A DNA stretch of 58,478 nt, taken from IMG/VR virus record IMGVR_UViG_3300021170_000022, positions 1-58,478 of that record; one strand, 5' to 3'. This DNA comes from a virus. Lineage: Duplodnaviria > Caudoviricetes. Position numbers and translations under genes: made by a program. Positions 16,934-26,900 of the stretch are shown in pieces. Each line of letters starts with the position of its first letter. The first letter of the stretch is position 1. The notes beneath the pieces are model-generated. The model was not told the origin of the DNA and did no database searches. It saw nothing but the letters and a program-made list of their open reading frames with translations.

Positions 16934-18370
16934 TCAATTCGTATTCACCTGCAGATATACATTTGTCCAAGTCGCGGTCGAAGGGCTGGTCATCTGAAAA
17001 CAAAATTCCGAACCAGCGGTGACGGTCGTCACCCAACTAGTAAGATTTGCGAACGTTGCATTTGTCGCGGACGAAATCGATGGCGCCGTCCCTCCGCCAG
17101 TCACATCCGCGTATCCTGCAAAACCAGCCGTACCTGTGTAGGACGCGAACGCCACACTATGCACGGCGAAGGTCGCCGAACCCGAAACGTCAGTGTCCAC
17201 GTACCATCCGGCGATCGTGCCGGCGAAGCGCACCAGCGTGCAGTAGGTCTTCGTGCCAGATAGTGCCGCACCGCCACCATCGAAGTGCATCCCAATCTCG
17301 CGGATGTTTCCGTTCGCCGTGCCGGTCGGAGTACAGGACCCTCCCAGAGGGCAGCTCACACCGTTGATCGTGATTGACGTGTTGAACAAGCCGCTGGCAA
17401 AGTAATTTGTCCCATCTGACACAACATAAGCCCACGTGGGCGCCGTAGTAGACCCAGCCGCAAGGGTGAGACTTGTTGTGCCGCCGTTGATATTTTGTCC
17501 GTTGCGAGCAATCGTGACCACGCCCGATCCATAGTTGATGACAGTAATGCATTGGCCGCCTGCAGGCTGTGGACCACCAGAGGCGACCAGCGTGATGGTG
17601 AATGTGCCGGATGCTACGGGAATAGTCTTGCAGCTAGAGAAATCCGCGGCTACAGCCTGGTACGTCGACGTCTGCGCGTTCGCGTTGAACAGCACTACCG
17701 CGCCGGTGCTGGTATTGACCGACGTGACCTTGCTCGTCAGCGCGACAGCGCCGGTCTGGGCAGCACCGCCATCGATCGCTACGCTCGCGACGCCGATGAC
17801 GCTGGCTTCATAATTCGTGCCGTCTGAAACTATATAAGCCTCCGTAGGGGCCGTCGCCGAACCGGCCTGCAGAGAAAGACTCGTTGTGCCGCCGTTAATA
17901 TTCTGTCCGGACCGCGTGATGGTCACGGTACCCGATCCGTAATTGATGACCGTGATGCACTGCCCCGCCGGTGGCTGCGATCCGGAAGCGACGAGTGTGA
18001 TCGTGAAAGTTCCAGAAGCGATCGGAATAGTTTTGCAGCTAGCAAAGTCTGCGGCGAGAACCTGATAGGTCCCCGTCTGTGGATTGGTCGCAAACAGCGC
18101 CACCGCGCCCGTATTCGTGTTCACGCTCGATACGGCTCCGGCAGCTGTGATCCAATCGGCCGCCACCGTGCATCCGCTCGGGTTGTTGCACGCGTAAATG
18201 GCGCCGCCCGCAGTCTGGCACTGCTGGCGATATGCCCCTGTCGTGTTCCCCGGCGTTCCCGCGCAAGCGATCACCGAAGTACCCCCGCTCGATGACGGAG
18301 TCAGCGCCTGCCCAGCAGCCATCACCGCAAAAAACGCCGCAATCAATACTACACTCACACGCTTCATCAT
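16934..18370 (-). CDS. tail-fibre-like protein with signal peptide and internal duplication
   Basis: ...VMAAG|Q; VSSVNTNTGAV-type repeats; two about 110-aa copies ending SDGTNY; 12 Cys. Confidence 0.75.
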   Translation of the reverse strand: MMKRVSVVLIAAFFAVMAAGQALTPSSSGGTSVIACAGTPGNTTGAYRQQCQTAGGAIYACNNPSGCTVAADWITAAGAVSSVNTNTGAVALFATNPQTGTYQVLAADFASCKTIPIASGTFTITLVASGSQPPAGQCITVINYGSGTVTITRSGQNINGGTTSLSLQAGSATAPTEAYIVSDGTNYEASVIGVASVAIDGGAAQTGAVALTSKVTSVNTSTGAVVLFNANAQTSTYQAVAADFSSCKTIPVASGTFTITLVASGGPQPAGGQCITVINYGSGVVTIARNGQNINGGTTSLTLAAGSTTAPTWAYVVSDGTNYFASGLFNTSITINGVSCPLGGSCTPTGTANGNIREIGMHFDGGGAALSGTKTYCTLVRFAGTIAGWYVDTDVSGSATFAVHSVAFASYTGTAGFAGYADVTGGGTAPSISSATNATFANLTSWVTTVTAGSEFCFQMTSPSTATWTNVYLQVNTN

Positions 18371-18424
18371 TCTCAGCCTCCCCTTCTGCCCTGAGAACAG
18401 TCTCCGCCGGAGACTGCTCGCGAT

Positions 18425-18997
18425 CTACTTCGCACCGCCCTGAGGGTCGCGCACCGGCGCGACATGCTTCTCTTCCATCACCGTGACCACCTTTTCCACC
18501 TTCATGTCCGGAGAAGAATCCGGCGTCTTGATGATCTCGGTTTCCTTACTCACAGACAGTTTTGTTTCATTGCTCTCTCCGAACTCGCGCTGGATCTCTT
18601 CTGGCGTAGCCGCCCGAACCTTGGCCCGCGCCAGCGCGCTGACGATGACCGCCGGAATCGGCAAACCAGCCGTGGCGCAGTTCTCGATGATCGACATTGC
18701 CTCATAGACGATAAACGCCAGCGCTGCAATCGATTCGAACTCGAACGGCAGACTCAGAGGTTGCTCTACAATGTGCAATAACCCAAGCAGGGGAAACACC
18801 GCTAGTTTTTTAAACAGGCCGCGTACCATAACGCTGCTGTTCACCGACTTGACCACAACGGCCGCGATGATCCCGCTGACCACATCCAACCCCATGAGCA
18901 TCAGCAGAATCTGGATGGTGTGCGGGATTCTAATCCAAACACCGGTCACGGCTATACTCGCGATCATTATCCATTTAGCAGCGCTGGATGAATTCAT
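18425..18997 (-). CDS. phage holin family protein
   Basis: LMGLDVVSGII, NSSVMVRGLFKK, EAMSIIENCATAGLPIP. Confidence 0.88.
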   Translation of the reverse strand: MNSSSAAKWIMIASIAVTGVWIRIPHTIQILLMLMGLDVVSGIIAAVVVKSVNSSVMVRGLFKKLAVFPLLGLLHIVEQPLSLPFEFESIAALAFIVYEAMSIIENCATAGLPIPAVIVSALARAKVRAATPEEIQREFGESNETKLSVSKETEIIKTPDSSPDMKVEKVVTVMEEKHVAPVRDPQGGAK

Positions 18998-19033
18998 TCG
19001 TCGAGCGTCCCCTCTCTGATGTTGGTCAATACT

Positions 19034-19076
19034 TCGGGCAGCTTCCGGCGCGTTTAGGCGAGAGGAAGCCGCCCGA
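19034..19076. promoter_or_regulatory. 13-bp hairpin upstream of the holin
   Basis: TCGGGCAGCTTCC ... GGAAGCCGCCCGA. Confidence 0.5.
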
Positions 19077-19102
19077 TTGTTTCAATTGCGGCCAAAATAC
19101 TT

Positions 19103-19981
19103 TCAGGACCTCGCTGGAGGCTTGAGCCCCAAACCGGCCAGCATGCCGTACACCGCGTGCAGCATGGTGCGATCGTCGCTATTGAATCCATCGCCGGTCG
19201 CGGGCTGCGCCGGATTCACCATGTCCGTCCTCTGGATCGCCAGCGCCAGGCTGATAGTCGCGACCTTCTCGTTCGGCAGCAGCTCACGAACCGGCGGCGC
19301 GATCTCCGCCCCAGGCTGTGGAGCGCCCGTGTCGATCCCATCCGGCGGATCCGCCGCAAACACCAGCATCGGAACGGAACCGCTCAGATCCCAGCTGAAT
19401 GGATGGCCGATGCCCTTCGCATACTTGGCCTCCAGCAGTTCGCCCACTTCCTGCGCCTGGCCTTTGAACAGGACGCACCAACGGCGCCGCAGCTCGTAAG
19501 GCGGATAGGTAGTCCCGAAGACCGGGTTCCCAAATTCCGAATCGAACACAGCCGAGGCATCTAGCCCAAGCTCTTTGGCTATCTCAAAAGCCTGGTCCTG
19601 CGTGCTGAGGGCATTTTCGTTGAGCGGTTCGCGCGCGGTTCCGATCGTGGCGTCCGTCTTCGCGATCACGTAGACGGGATAGGGAACTAGCCCGGGCAGA
19701 TTGACCGAAGCCGCCAGCTTCGCGCTGATGGTCTTCTTGGTGATCGCGCCGCTCTGTGCATCGATCACGCCGTAGGTGTATGTCGCACCCGGCACGGTCG
19801 GATCCACCGTCGAATCGAACCACCGCTTCTCCGGCTGCGTCGCATCCCAGTTGGGAGCGTCCACACCAAACGCCGCCTTATACGAATCGCGATCGAACAA
19901 TTTAATGCGCAGCAGCGCGCTGAATGGATAAATGAGCTGATTCGGCTGGGCCGGATCAACAGGAATACTCACAGGGGTCAT
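19103..19981 (-). CDS. hypothetical protein
   Basis: AGGAG RBS before MTPVSIP; Pro-rich. Confidence 0.75.
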   Translation of the reverse strand: MTPVSIPVDPAQPNQLIYPFSALLRIKLFDRDSYKAAFGVDAPNWDATQPEKRWFDSTVDPTVPGATYTYGVIDAQSGAITKKTISAKLAASVNLPGLVPYPVYVIAKTDATIGTAREPLNENALSTQDQAFEIAKELGLDASAVFDSEFGNPVFGTTYPPYELRRRWCVLFKGQAQEVGELLEAKYAKGIGHPFSWDLSGSVPMLVFAADPPDGIDTGAPQPGAEIAPPVRELLPNEKVATISLALAIQRTDMVNPAQPATGDGFNSDDRTMLHAVYGMLAGLGLKPPARS

Positions 19982-20166
19982 AGTCTTTCTCCTTTTGAAT
20001 TCTTGGCGCACACCGGACAGGTCCAATCTCCGCGCGAACCTCGCTCGGCGTGCAGGCTGCAAATGTTGTGGGGCGGATTCGCCGTGCAATCCGCCGGAAA
20101 GTTCGCTTCGTTCCCGGAATCCGGAATTTCTTCGACACGCCCGTCGACGTCGCAGGTGATCGTCAT
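19978..20166 (-). CDS. small Cys-containing protein
   Basis: ICSLH...WTCPVC; overlaps both neighbours by 4 bp. Confidence 0.5.
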   Translation of the reverse strand: MTITCDVDGRVEEIPDSGNEANFPADCTANPPHNICSLHAERGSRGDWTCPVCAKNSKGERL

Positions 20167-20816
20167 GGAAGAACCGCTTTCACCGATTTGAATCCGATGA
20201 TCAGTTCTCCAAAGAAACCGTGTTCTTCACATGAATTCGGAGCTAGCTTCATGGTTATCGCCGGATCCAACAATGTCTTCATAACCGCGGCCGCGGTCTG
20301 CTGCCGTTGAGCCTGCGCGGCATTGAGTGGAACCTGGACCGCCTGTAGCACGCCAGTTGTGGCTGCGCTGCCGGCAGCGATCTCGGCCGGGACTTTAACC
20401 TTTGCGGCCGTCGTGAGCGCTGCGTTAGCGCCAGCCGCCACGCTCAGCGCGATGAGTCCGACTTTTATACCGGAGACTGCCAGAGACGTTCTGCTCCGCG
20501 ATTCGGCGCGGGCTGCGGTCGGCTGGGAGTTGGCGAAATCTACGACGTTGATCTTCGCGACGTCGCCGGCTAATTGCTTGACGACTCCCTGCGATCGCTC
20601 GATCGGAGCCGACGTATAATTGCAGGTTTCCGAGCTGTATTCGGCAATCTTCACCAGCCGGCCGCCAAAAACCGCAAGGAATGACTGTAGCGGCTGAAGA
20701 GAAAACTGGACCGTTACCGTCGGCTTCTCCGTCACGATCGCTTGACCGCGCGCTCCATCGCGGCGGCGCCAGGCGAACAACAGCACAAAGATCAGAAATG
20801 CAATCCGACGGTTCAC
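20163..20816 (-). CDS. exported or membrane protein in the lysis region
   Basis: Hydrophobic N-terminus, Ala-rich hydrophobic hairpin, two Cys. Confidence 0.6.
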   Translation of the reverse strand: MNRRIAFLIFVLLFAWRRRDGARGQAIVTEKPTVTVQFSLQPLQSFLAVFGGRLVKIAEYSSETCNYTSAPIERSQGVVKQLAGDVAKINVVDFANSQPTAARAESRSRTSLAVSGIKVGLIALSVAAGANAALTTAAKVKVPAEIAAGSAATTGVLQAVQVPLNAAQAQRQQTAAAVMKTLLDPAITMKLAPNSCEEHGFFGELIIGFKSVKAVLP

Positions 20817-21289
20817 TTCGCCGTGTCCCCGAACCGCTTCTTCCACTCCTTCAGCCAGTCGCCCGTCAGAATCTTCTGATCTTCCTCGAGCGTGATCTTG
20901 CCCGCACACAGATCCCGATGCAGCGCCGTTTCCACCGCGTCTTTCTGACGCGCCCCAGGCTTCGGCTCGTAGTACTCCGGCCACAGATTCTCGATCTCAT
21001 TCGAGCCGCCGTTTTCCAGGCTGATCAGGTGATCGATCTCCACCTGGTGCAGTTCGGTCTGCGGAAGCCCGTACCGCCGCATGACTTCTTTCTTCATGCT
21101 CTCGGGAACGTTCCGCACTGTCGCTGTATAGCCCACTACGCACACAGTCTTGTGAATCGTCGCTTGCGTGACGTGCGGATCTTTCGCTCCAGGCGTCAAT
21201 TTCTTATCTGGATAGAGCGATCGTTTTTCGTCGCCCGAAGAAGCGATCGCAGCCAGGCAAAAACCGAACACTATCAGTTTCGTTTTCAT
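20813..21289 (-). CDS. secreted HNH-family nuclease-like protein
   Basis: Signal peptide; PDKKLTPGA; EIDHLISLENGGSNEIENLWPE; KDAVETALHRDLC. Confidence 0.85.
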   Translation of the reverse strand: MKTKLIVFGFCLAAIASSGDEKRSLYPDKKLTPGAKDPHVTQATIHKTVCVVGYTATVRNVPESMKKEVMRRYGLPQTELHQVEIDHLISLENGGSNEIENLWPEYYEPKPGARQKDAVETALHRDLCAGKITLEEDQKILTGDWLKEWKKRFGDTAK

Positions 21290-22161
21290 TTGCTTCCTCC
21301 TTGAAGCGCAGCTACTAGCCCCTTCGCTGTTGCCTGACTCGCTAGAGCCTCCGCGAATAACCCGAGCGCCGCGAGATTCTTCGCCGACGCATCGTCCATT
21401 TCGGGATTAACATCGTCGGGCAGCTCGCCCGTGATCCGCAGATAATTCGATTGCCCGAGGCAGACGCTCGCCATGTAGTCGACATCCGCCGCCGGCGCAT
21501 TAAACAGCGTTCCCACAATCGGCTTCGCCCACTGCATCAGCCCGCCGTTCGCCGGATATTTATCGTGGCCGCCCTTAAAGCCGGTGCCGATGCTGAGCAT
21601 GAATAGTTCTTCGCGCGGCCAGAGACAGCGAGCTTCCGCGTAAGCATTCATCGCCGGATCGTTCGCAAATAATCCGCCGTCGACGTAACGCCCTTGCGCA
21701 GCCGGAAAGTAAGTGGGAGCGGCCGACGTCGCCCTCGCAACTTCCCTTACCAGCCACGAGTTCGGCTTCGTCCATGATTTGAGATGAAAGGGAGCGGCCG
21801 CCTGGATGTCATAGGTCGGAATCAGCAGGTTCGTTTTCGACCATCCGAACGGGATCGCCCCGAAGACATCGCCGAGCACCCGTTCAATACCATGCGCCGA
21901 ATACTTCGCCATGAACGCGAAAGGCCTGTACCACGGCCGGCTGAAGATCTCGGCGCCGCGAGTCTTGTACATCTCCCACAGCCGCCATGCCTCGATACCG
22001 GATCCAAGCCCGCATGCGATGATGCCGCCCGTGGACGTGCCTGCGATCAGGTCGAACATCTCCATGCAGCGCCGGCCCGTCGACTGCTCTAGCCGCGCCA
22101 GAATCACCGCGGGGATCACTCCACGAATGCCGCCGCCATCGATGGAAAGAATCCGTTTCAT
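21286..22161 (-). CDS. patatin-like phospholipase
   Basis: DGGGIRG, GTSTG nucleophile, SAAPTYF, DGG. Confidence 0.93.
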   Translation of the reverse strand: MKRILSIDGGGIRGVIPAVILARLEQSTGRRCMEMFDLIAGTSTGGIIACGLGSGIEAWRLWEMYKTRGAEIFSRPWYRPFAFMAKYSAHGIERVLGDVFGAIPFGWSKTNLLIPTYDIQAAAPFHLKSWTKPNSWLVREVARATSAAPTYFPAAQGRYVDGGLFANDPAMNAYAEARCLWPREELFMLSIGTGFKGGHDKYPANGGLMQWAKPIVGTLFNAPAADVDYMASVCLGQSNYLRITGELPDDVNPEMDDASAKNLAALGLFAEALASQATAKGLVAALQGGSK

Positions 22162-22646
22162 CCCGCCTCCGTGATATTCGCCAGAAACTCCGCTGGCTGA
22201 TTTTGGTCGTAGAACGCCAGAATCCGCGCGATGTCTTCGTCATGCGATCGCAGGCATCCATCCGTCGGCCGCAAGCCGCCCCAATACCCGAATGCCGAAT
22301 TCAGACCGCCGCCATGCCACTCGATTCCACGGCGGCACGCGGGCGGATCTTCCGCTACCACACAGGGCCCCGACTTAGGCACCAGCAGCAGCCGGCGGTT
22401 CGGGCCATAGCTGTGCTGATTAGGACTGGCAGGAATCACCACGCACACATACACGCCAAGCGGCGTGTCTCCAAACGGCTTCATCGGATCGCGCTCGGCG
22501 TTCTTATGCTCGAGAGCCATCGCGTTGTCCGCTTTTCCAAGCACCGGGCAGTCCCCCAGCAATTGCTGGCCTGAACCATCGATAAGAGAGAACCGCCCTA
22601 ATTTCGTGCGGTCCGCGGGCAGAAGTACATTAAGCGTGAGATTCAT
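22158..22646 (-). CDS. YkuD/L,D-transpeptidase-like protein (candidate endolysin)
   Basis: GDTPLGVY, GIEWHGG...LRPTDGCLR (His...Cys dyad). Confidence 0.75.
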   Translation of the reverse strand: MNLTLNVLLPADRTKLGRFSLIDGSGQQLLGDCPVLGKADNAMALEHKNAERDPMKPFGDTPLGVYVCVVIPASPNQHSYGPNRRLLLVPKSGPCVVAEDPPACRRGIEWHGGGLNSAFGYWGGLRPTDGCLRSHDEDIARILAFYDQNQPAEFLANITEAG

Positions 22647-22683
22647 GGGAGAAATTGGAAATTCGAGCAGAACTTACTAACTT

Positions 22684-23907
22684 TCAGTTATTGCCGGGCT
22701 GGTTGTGCCTCTTGATGTACTGTGGAACGAAACGAGTCTTCAGCGGCGGAACACCGTAAAAGATCATGGCACAAGAAGGCGCGATGGGTTCCCCCAAAGA
22801 CGCAAACGCAGCTGTTTCAAAAGACAAATCGACAGGCAGCAATTTCTTGACAAACGCGTAAGGTCCACCGACTGGGCATTCCCAAACAGCATTTGCTCCA
22901 TCATGCCAATCATCATATGGGAGCAAAATAATTCCATTCCAGAGCGAGCCATAGTTGACGCCATCGGAAGTTCCGAAAGCATTTCCGATTGGAGGTGGAA
23001 AGGTAAAAAGAGTGGAACCAATAACACCAGCACGCGTAACTTGAAAGTACGATACCTGGGATGTCTGGTTATTGGCAGCGTACATAAATGTATGGACCAG
23101 GTCATTTGCCGTGTCCATTATGAGGTTTGCAAAAAAGCTCGGACTCGGTCTGAGTACGATCTGACTACCCCAAGATGCACTACCGATAGAGTACAGTCGA
23201 TAATACGATTTCAGCCCCGTCCCACCTAAATTTCCATTATAGAAAACGCCTATGTCCCCGTTTGCATAAACAACAGTCTGTCCCTTAGAGGCTGCGTTTA
23301 TAAGGATCGGGAAATCCGTTACTGTTCCAAAGGGTGAACTCCACGCGAGCACACCAGAACTCATATCAAATGTGAACAGTGACCACCCAGCTGAAGGAGT
23401 CTGAACAAGGTTTGTAACTAGGCTTGTTCTTCCGTCCCAGTATGGATTGATATCGTTCGTGATCAACGGTGAGTTGCTAGAATCCAGTTCTGACCATGTT
23501 AATCCGCCGTCGGCGCTGCTAAGACATGCGAGATATACGTGCCCTCCAGAAGCCTTAACAACAAATAAAAAATAACGACCTTGGTAGAAAAAACATCCGC
23601 TAGCGTTTTCCCACAGTAACGTATGAAAGCTATAGGCAGTTCCAGGTGGAGGAGCAACTACTACCGGATTAAACGGCGGTCCGTTTTGAAAAAAGTTGAT
23701 ATTGTTATCAAGAACAGCAGTAATCCCTTGCGTAGCCGAGTCTGATGTGTTCACGGAACCAGCGCTGAACTGCCCAATGAAGTGCGTGAACGTGGGATCT
23801 TTGTATATCGCACCTTCTGCTTGCCAAACTCCCGAGACGGGATCTCGGAACGAGCGATATAGAGCGTTGCCGCTCATGATATTAAGCGCAAACGGAACCG
23901 TGCTCAT
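22684..23907 (-). CDS. Asp-box/beta-propeller-like receptor-binding candidate
   Basis: SSADGGLTWS Asp-box; beta-rich; visibly lower GC than flanking DNA. Confidence 0.6.
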   Translation of the reverse strand: MSTVPFALNIMSGNALYRSFRDPVSGVWQAEGAIYKDPTFTHFIGQFSAGSVNTSDSATQGITAVLDNNINFFQNGPPFNPVVVAPPPGTAYSFHTLLWENASGCFFYQGRYFLFVVKASGGHVYLACLSSADGGLTWSELDSSNSPLITNDINPYWDGRTSLVTNLVQTPSAGWSLFTFDMSSGVLAWSSPFGTVTDFPILINAASKGQTVVYANGDIGVFYNGNLGGTGLKSYYRLYSIGSASWGSQIVLRPSPSFFANLIMDTANDLVHTFMYAANNQTSQVSYFQVTRAGVIGSTLFTFPPPIGNAFGTSDGVNYGSLWNGIILLPYDDWHDGANAVWECPVGGPYAFVKKLLPVDLSFETAAFASLGEPIAPSCAMIFYGVPPLKTRFVPQYIKRHNQPGNN

Positions 23908-26900
23908 GTCCTGACCGTCACTCCAAGATCCTGCCCAGGTGTCGTCATTCCAACCTGCGTGACGATGAAATCGATCCAGCCTCCCTCGGCGAACACTGCA
24001 AAATTGCCATGATCGATGACTGGCGGTGCACCGCCGGCAGCAAGCTGTAATTGGCCGTTGGCATCGAAAGGGTCGACCACAACCGGGAGCACATTCGGCG
24101 GCCAGTCTCGGCCAATGCCAGCGTAGGGAGCCCAGCCGCCGCTGTGGTAGGGCATATTTCGACCTTCGGGAGGATTGCCGGCTAAGTACGTGTCGAAAGC
24201 GCCATCGCCGAACTTCAATATCTCCAGGAGCCCGGCCGTACTCCTATCCGGAGTGATGTACACGACGTACACGATTACCGTTGCATCACCGCTCAGGCCA
24301 GTCGACGGCGTGGCCAGATCCGCGCTCATCGCGGTAACGCTCTCGGGCGCTCGAACCTGAATCCGCTTGTCCGCGACCGTGCCGACACGGCTCCCGCCGG
24401 CTCCAGCAGTCAGCGGCACACCCAGTGCTCCGAGATTGTATTGGGCGCCGTTCAGTAGCCGAAGCCCCGGAGCCGGTGGCGCATCCGTCGCACGCGACAA
24501 ATTCAGGGTGTACAGCGGACCGATGCCATTCGATCCAATTGCCTGTGCCGTGACCGCAAGCGGCATGCGATTGGCAAATGCCCACTCATAGACGGCCGGC
24601 ACGCCAGTAGCTCCGCTATTCGGAGTCGCTTCGGAGAGTGCGCGCGCGGATGTGGCCCTGAAGAATGTGCCGAAGCTCGCCTTCATCGTGCTGCCAAATT
24701 GAGCTTGGCTGGTAGGCACCCCGCCACCGGGATTGCGCTGAACGGTCAGAGCCCCATCGTCCCCAACGGCTATGATTAGATCAATTTCATAATTCGTGTC
24801 GTTCCAGACGATATAGTCGCCAACACCGAAGCCTTTTCCCAGCCTGCTGCTTCCGCCATAGCTCGGCACAAAGGTGTAGGGATCGGTGACATCGTCGATC
24901 GCTCCAATTCCCCACCACCCCGAGTCGCTCTCGTCCACCACAGGAGCCTCGAACTGCACCTGCTTGACCGCCCCGATTGTCGAAATCTCAGTGACCTGAA
25001 GATCATTGATCGTCAGCGTCGCATATCCCTCGCGCACTACTGTGAACGGAGTCCCGCTGAGCGCAGCCTGGCTGCCGAAGACAAAGACCATCCGGAACGG
25101 CCCATCGCCATCCTCGGACTCCTCACCCGTGACGTCGATCAAAAATGCCGCCAGAAAAATGGACTGCTGCGCGAAATCGCTAATCGGCAGCAGCACTGTC
25201 ATATCCTGGAATGGACTCGCCGTATCGATCTTGGTCGAATCGATCACATAAGGCCAGCCGGCTTCTACAATGATCCACACCGAATCCGGCCCGATCGTGA
25301 TCGGCGAATCCAGGATGTGCGTCGTTCCTGTGTTGGCGATGATGTTCGCCTTAGCCCCCCGCGAGGTTCCTTTGATCACTCGCAGCACCATGCCGCGCTC
25401 CAGATCCGGCGTTAGCCCGCTGTGCGGCGTTGGCGTTCGCGTATTGAAATCGTAATTGAGCGCATTGCTCCAGCCGGAATCGGTGATCCGGTAGGGATCC
25501 GCCGAGTTGTTATAGCCGAGAGTCGAAACCACGAAGACGTCCCCCGGCAGCACGATTCCATCCGCAACACGATCCAGCCCGAACGTTCCCGTGCTCGGGT
25601 CATACGAAAGGATGTTCGCGGCCCAGAACGGAATACTCGATAGCGGCAAATTAGCGTTGTCCCGGCCAATAATGATGAGCTGCCGCCCAACCCAGTTATC
25701 CTCGCCGGTCGGATCCCCAGCCTCCTTCGAGACCACGGAGCTACCGACCACGCTGTCGACCGCAGCACCGATGACACCTAGGTGGTAGCCGATGGTCGCC
25801 TTCAGCCGGATCGTCCGCAGATTCGGATTCGGTGCCGCATACGTCGACCGCAGCAGCGCCCCATCCGGAGGCGAGGACGGCGGCGACGCAACGAAGCCCA
25901 GCAGCGTGATCGTTCCCGGGTTGTATCCTCCAACCGGAGATGTAGGCGTCAGTGCTCCGGTCTGCTGGGCCCCCATCACATCCACTAGAAAATAAGCGTA
26001 GATTGTGAAATTGACCAAGCCGGGGAAGTTCGGCCAGGTTACATCCAGCTGCACCGAATTGATCGCGGCCGGCGGAGAAGACTGCGGAATCTCCACCGGA
26101 AATACTGCCGATGGCAACGTGTAATTTCCGTTCCCGTCGTCCGCCGTGACGCTGACATACAGGATGATCCCGCCCTGGATCGCACCGCCGGTTGGAACGA
26201 CTCTCGCCGCCGTGATGATCGGCGCCGGACATCCATCGATGACCTCATTGACCGGCTCGACTCCCGTAACATTCAGCCGCGGAAGCGCCCCGCCATCCGC
26301 CAGCGTGACCTGCGCACCGATCAGGTTCGAATACCCGAGCGCCACGTCAAAGGTGTGCTCCAGCGGATACATCGCGTCGTCCGCTGCCGCCTGAACCTCG
26401 TATGGCTGCCACTGCGGTGGAATCGGGAGCGGGGTATAGTTCAGGCTCACCCAGATCGACGGCACGCCAGCGCGATTCACCGAACGCAGCTCGAGCACGT
26501 ATTGCGTACCAGGGAGAAGCACCGGCAGCGGCATCTGCGTGACGCTGTCATCCACCGTCCCTAGTGAGATCCAGATCCCCGGCGGGCTCGCGATCAGTTG
26601 ATAGCGGCCCTGGATCGTCGTGACATAGGGATCCAGCGGCGCCGTCCAGGCTAGCGCCGTCCCGCCGCTGTCGTCGAAAATGACGTGCAAATTCGTCGGA
26701 GGGTCCGGCGTGAAGACCGTGTTCGGCAGCCCAGGATACTGGAATCCCTGCGGACTCAGCTCCTCAATGATCTCCCAGTCATAGACCGACGGATCCGTTT
26801 CCTGAACATCGATCTCGACCCCCAGCAGCACGATCTGTGCGCCGGCATCGTTCTGCTTTTCCAGTTTGAACCGTGATGCCAGCACCTCGAGCAGTTTGTC

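Noticed and set aside
21286-22161. CBASS defence system (CapV-like patatin)
   Set aside because: No CD-NTase or other CBASS gene is visible, and the gene is coupled within the lysis region.
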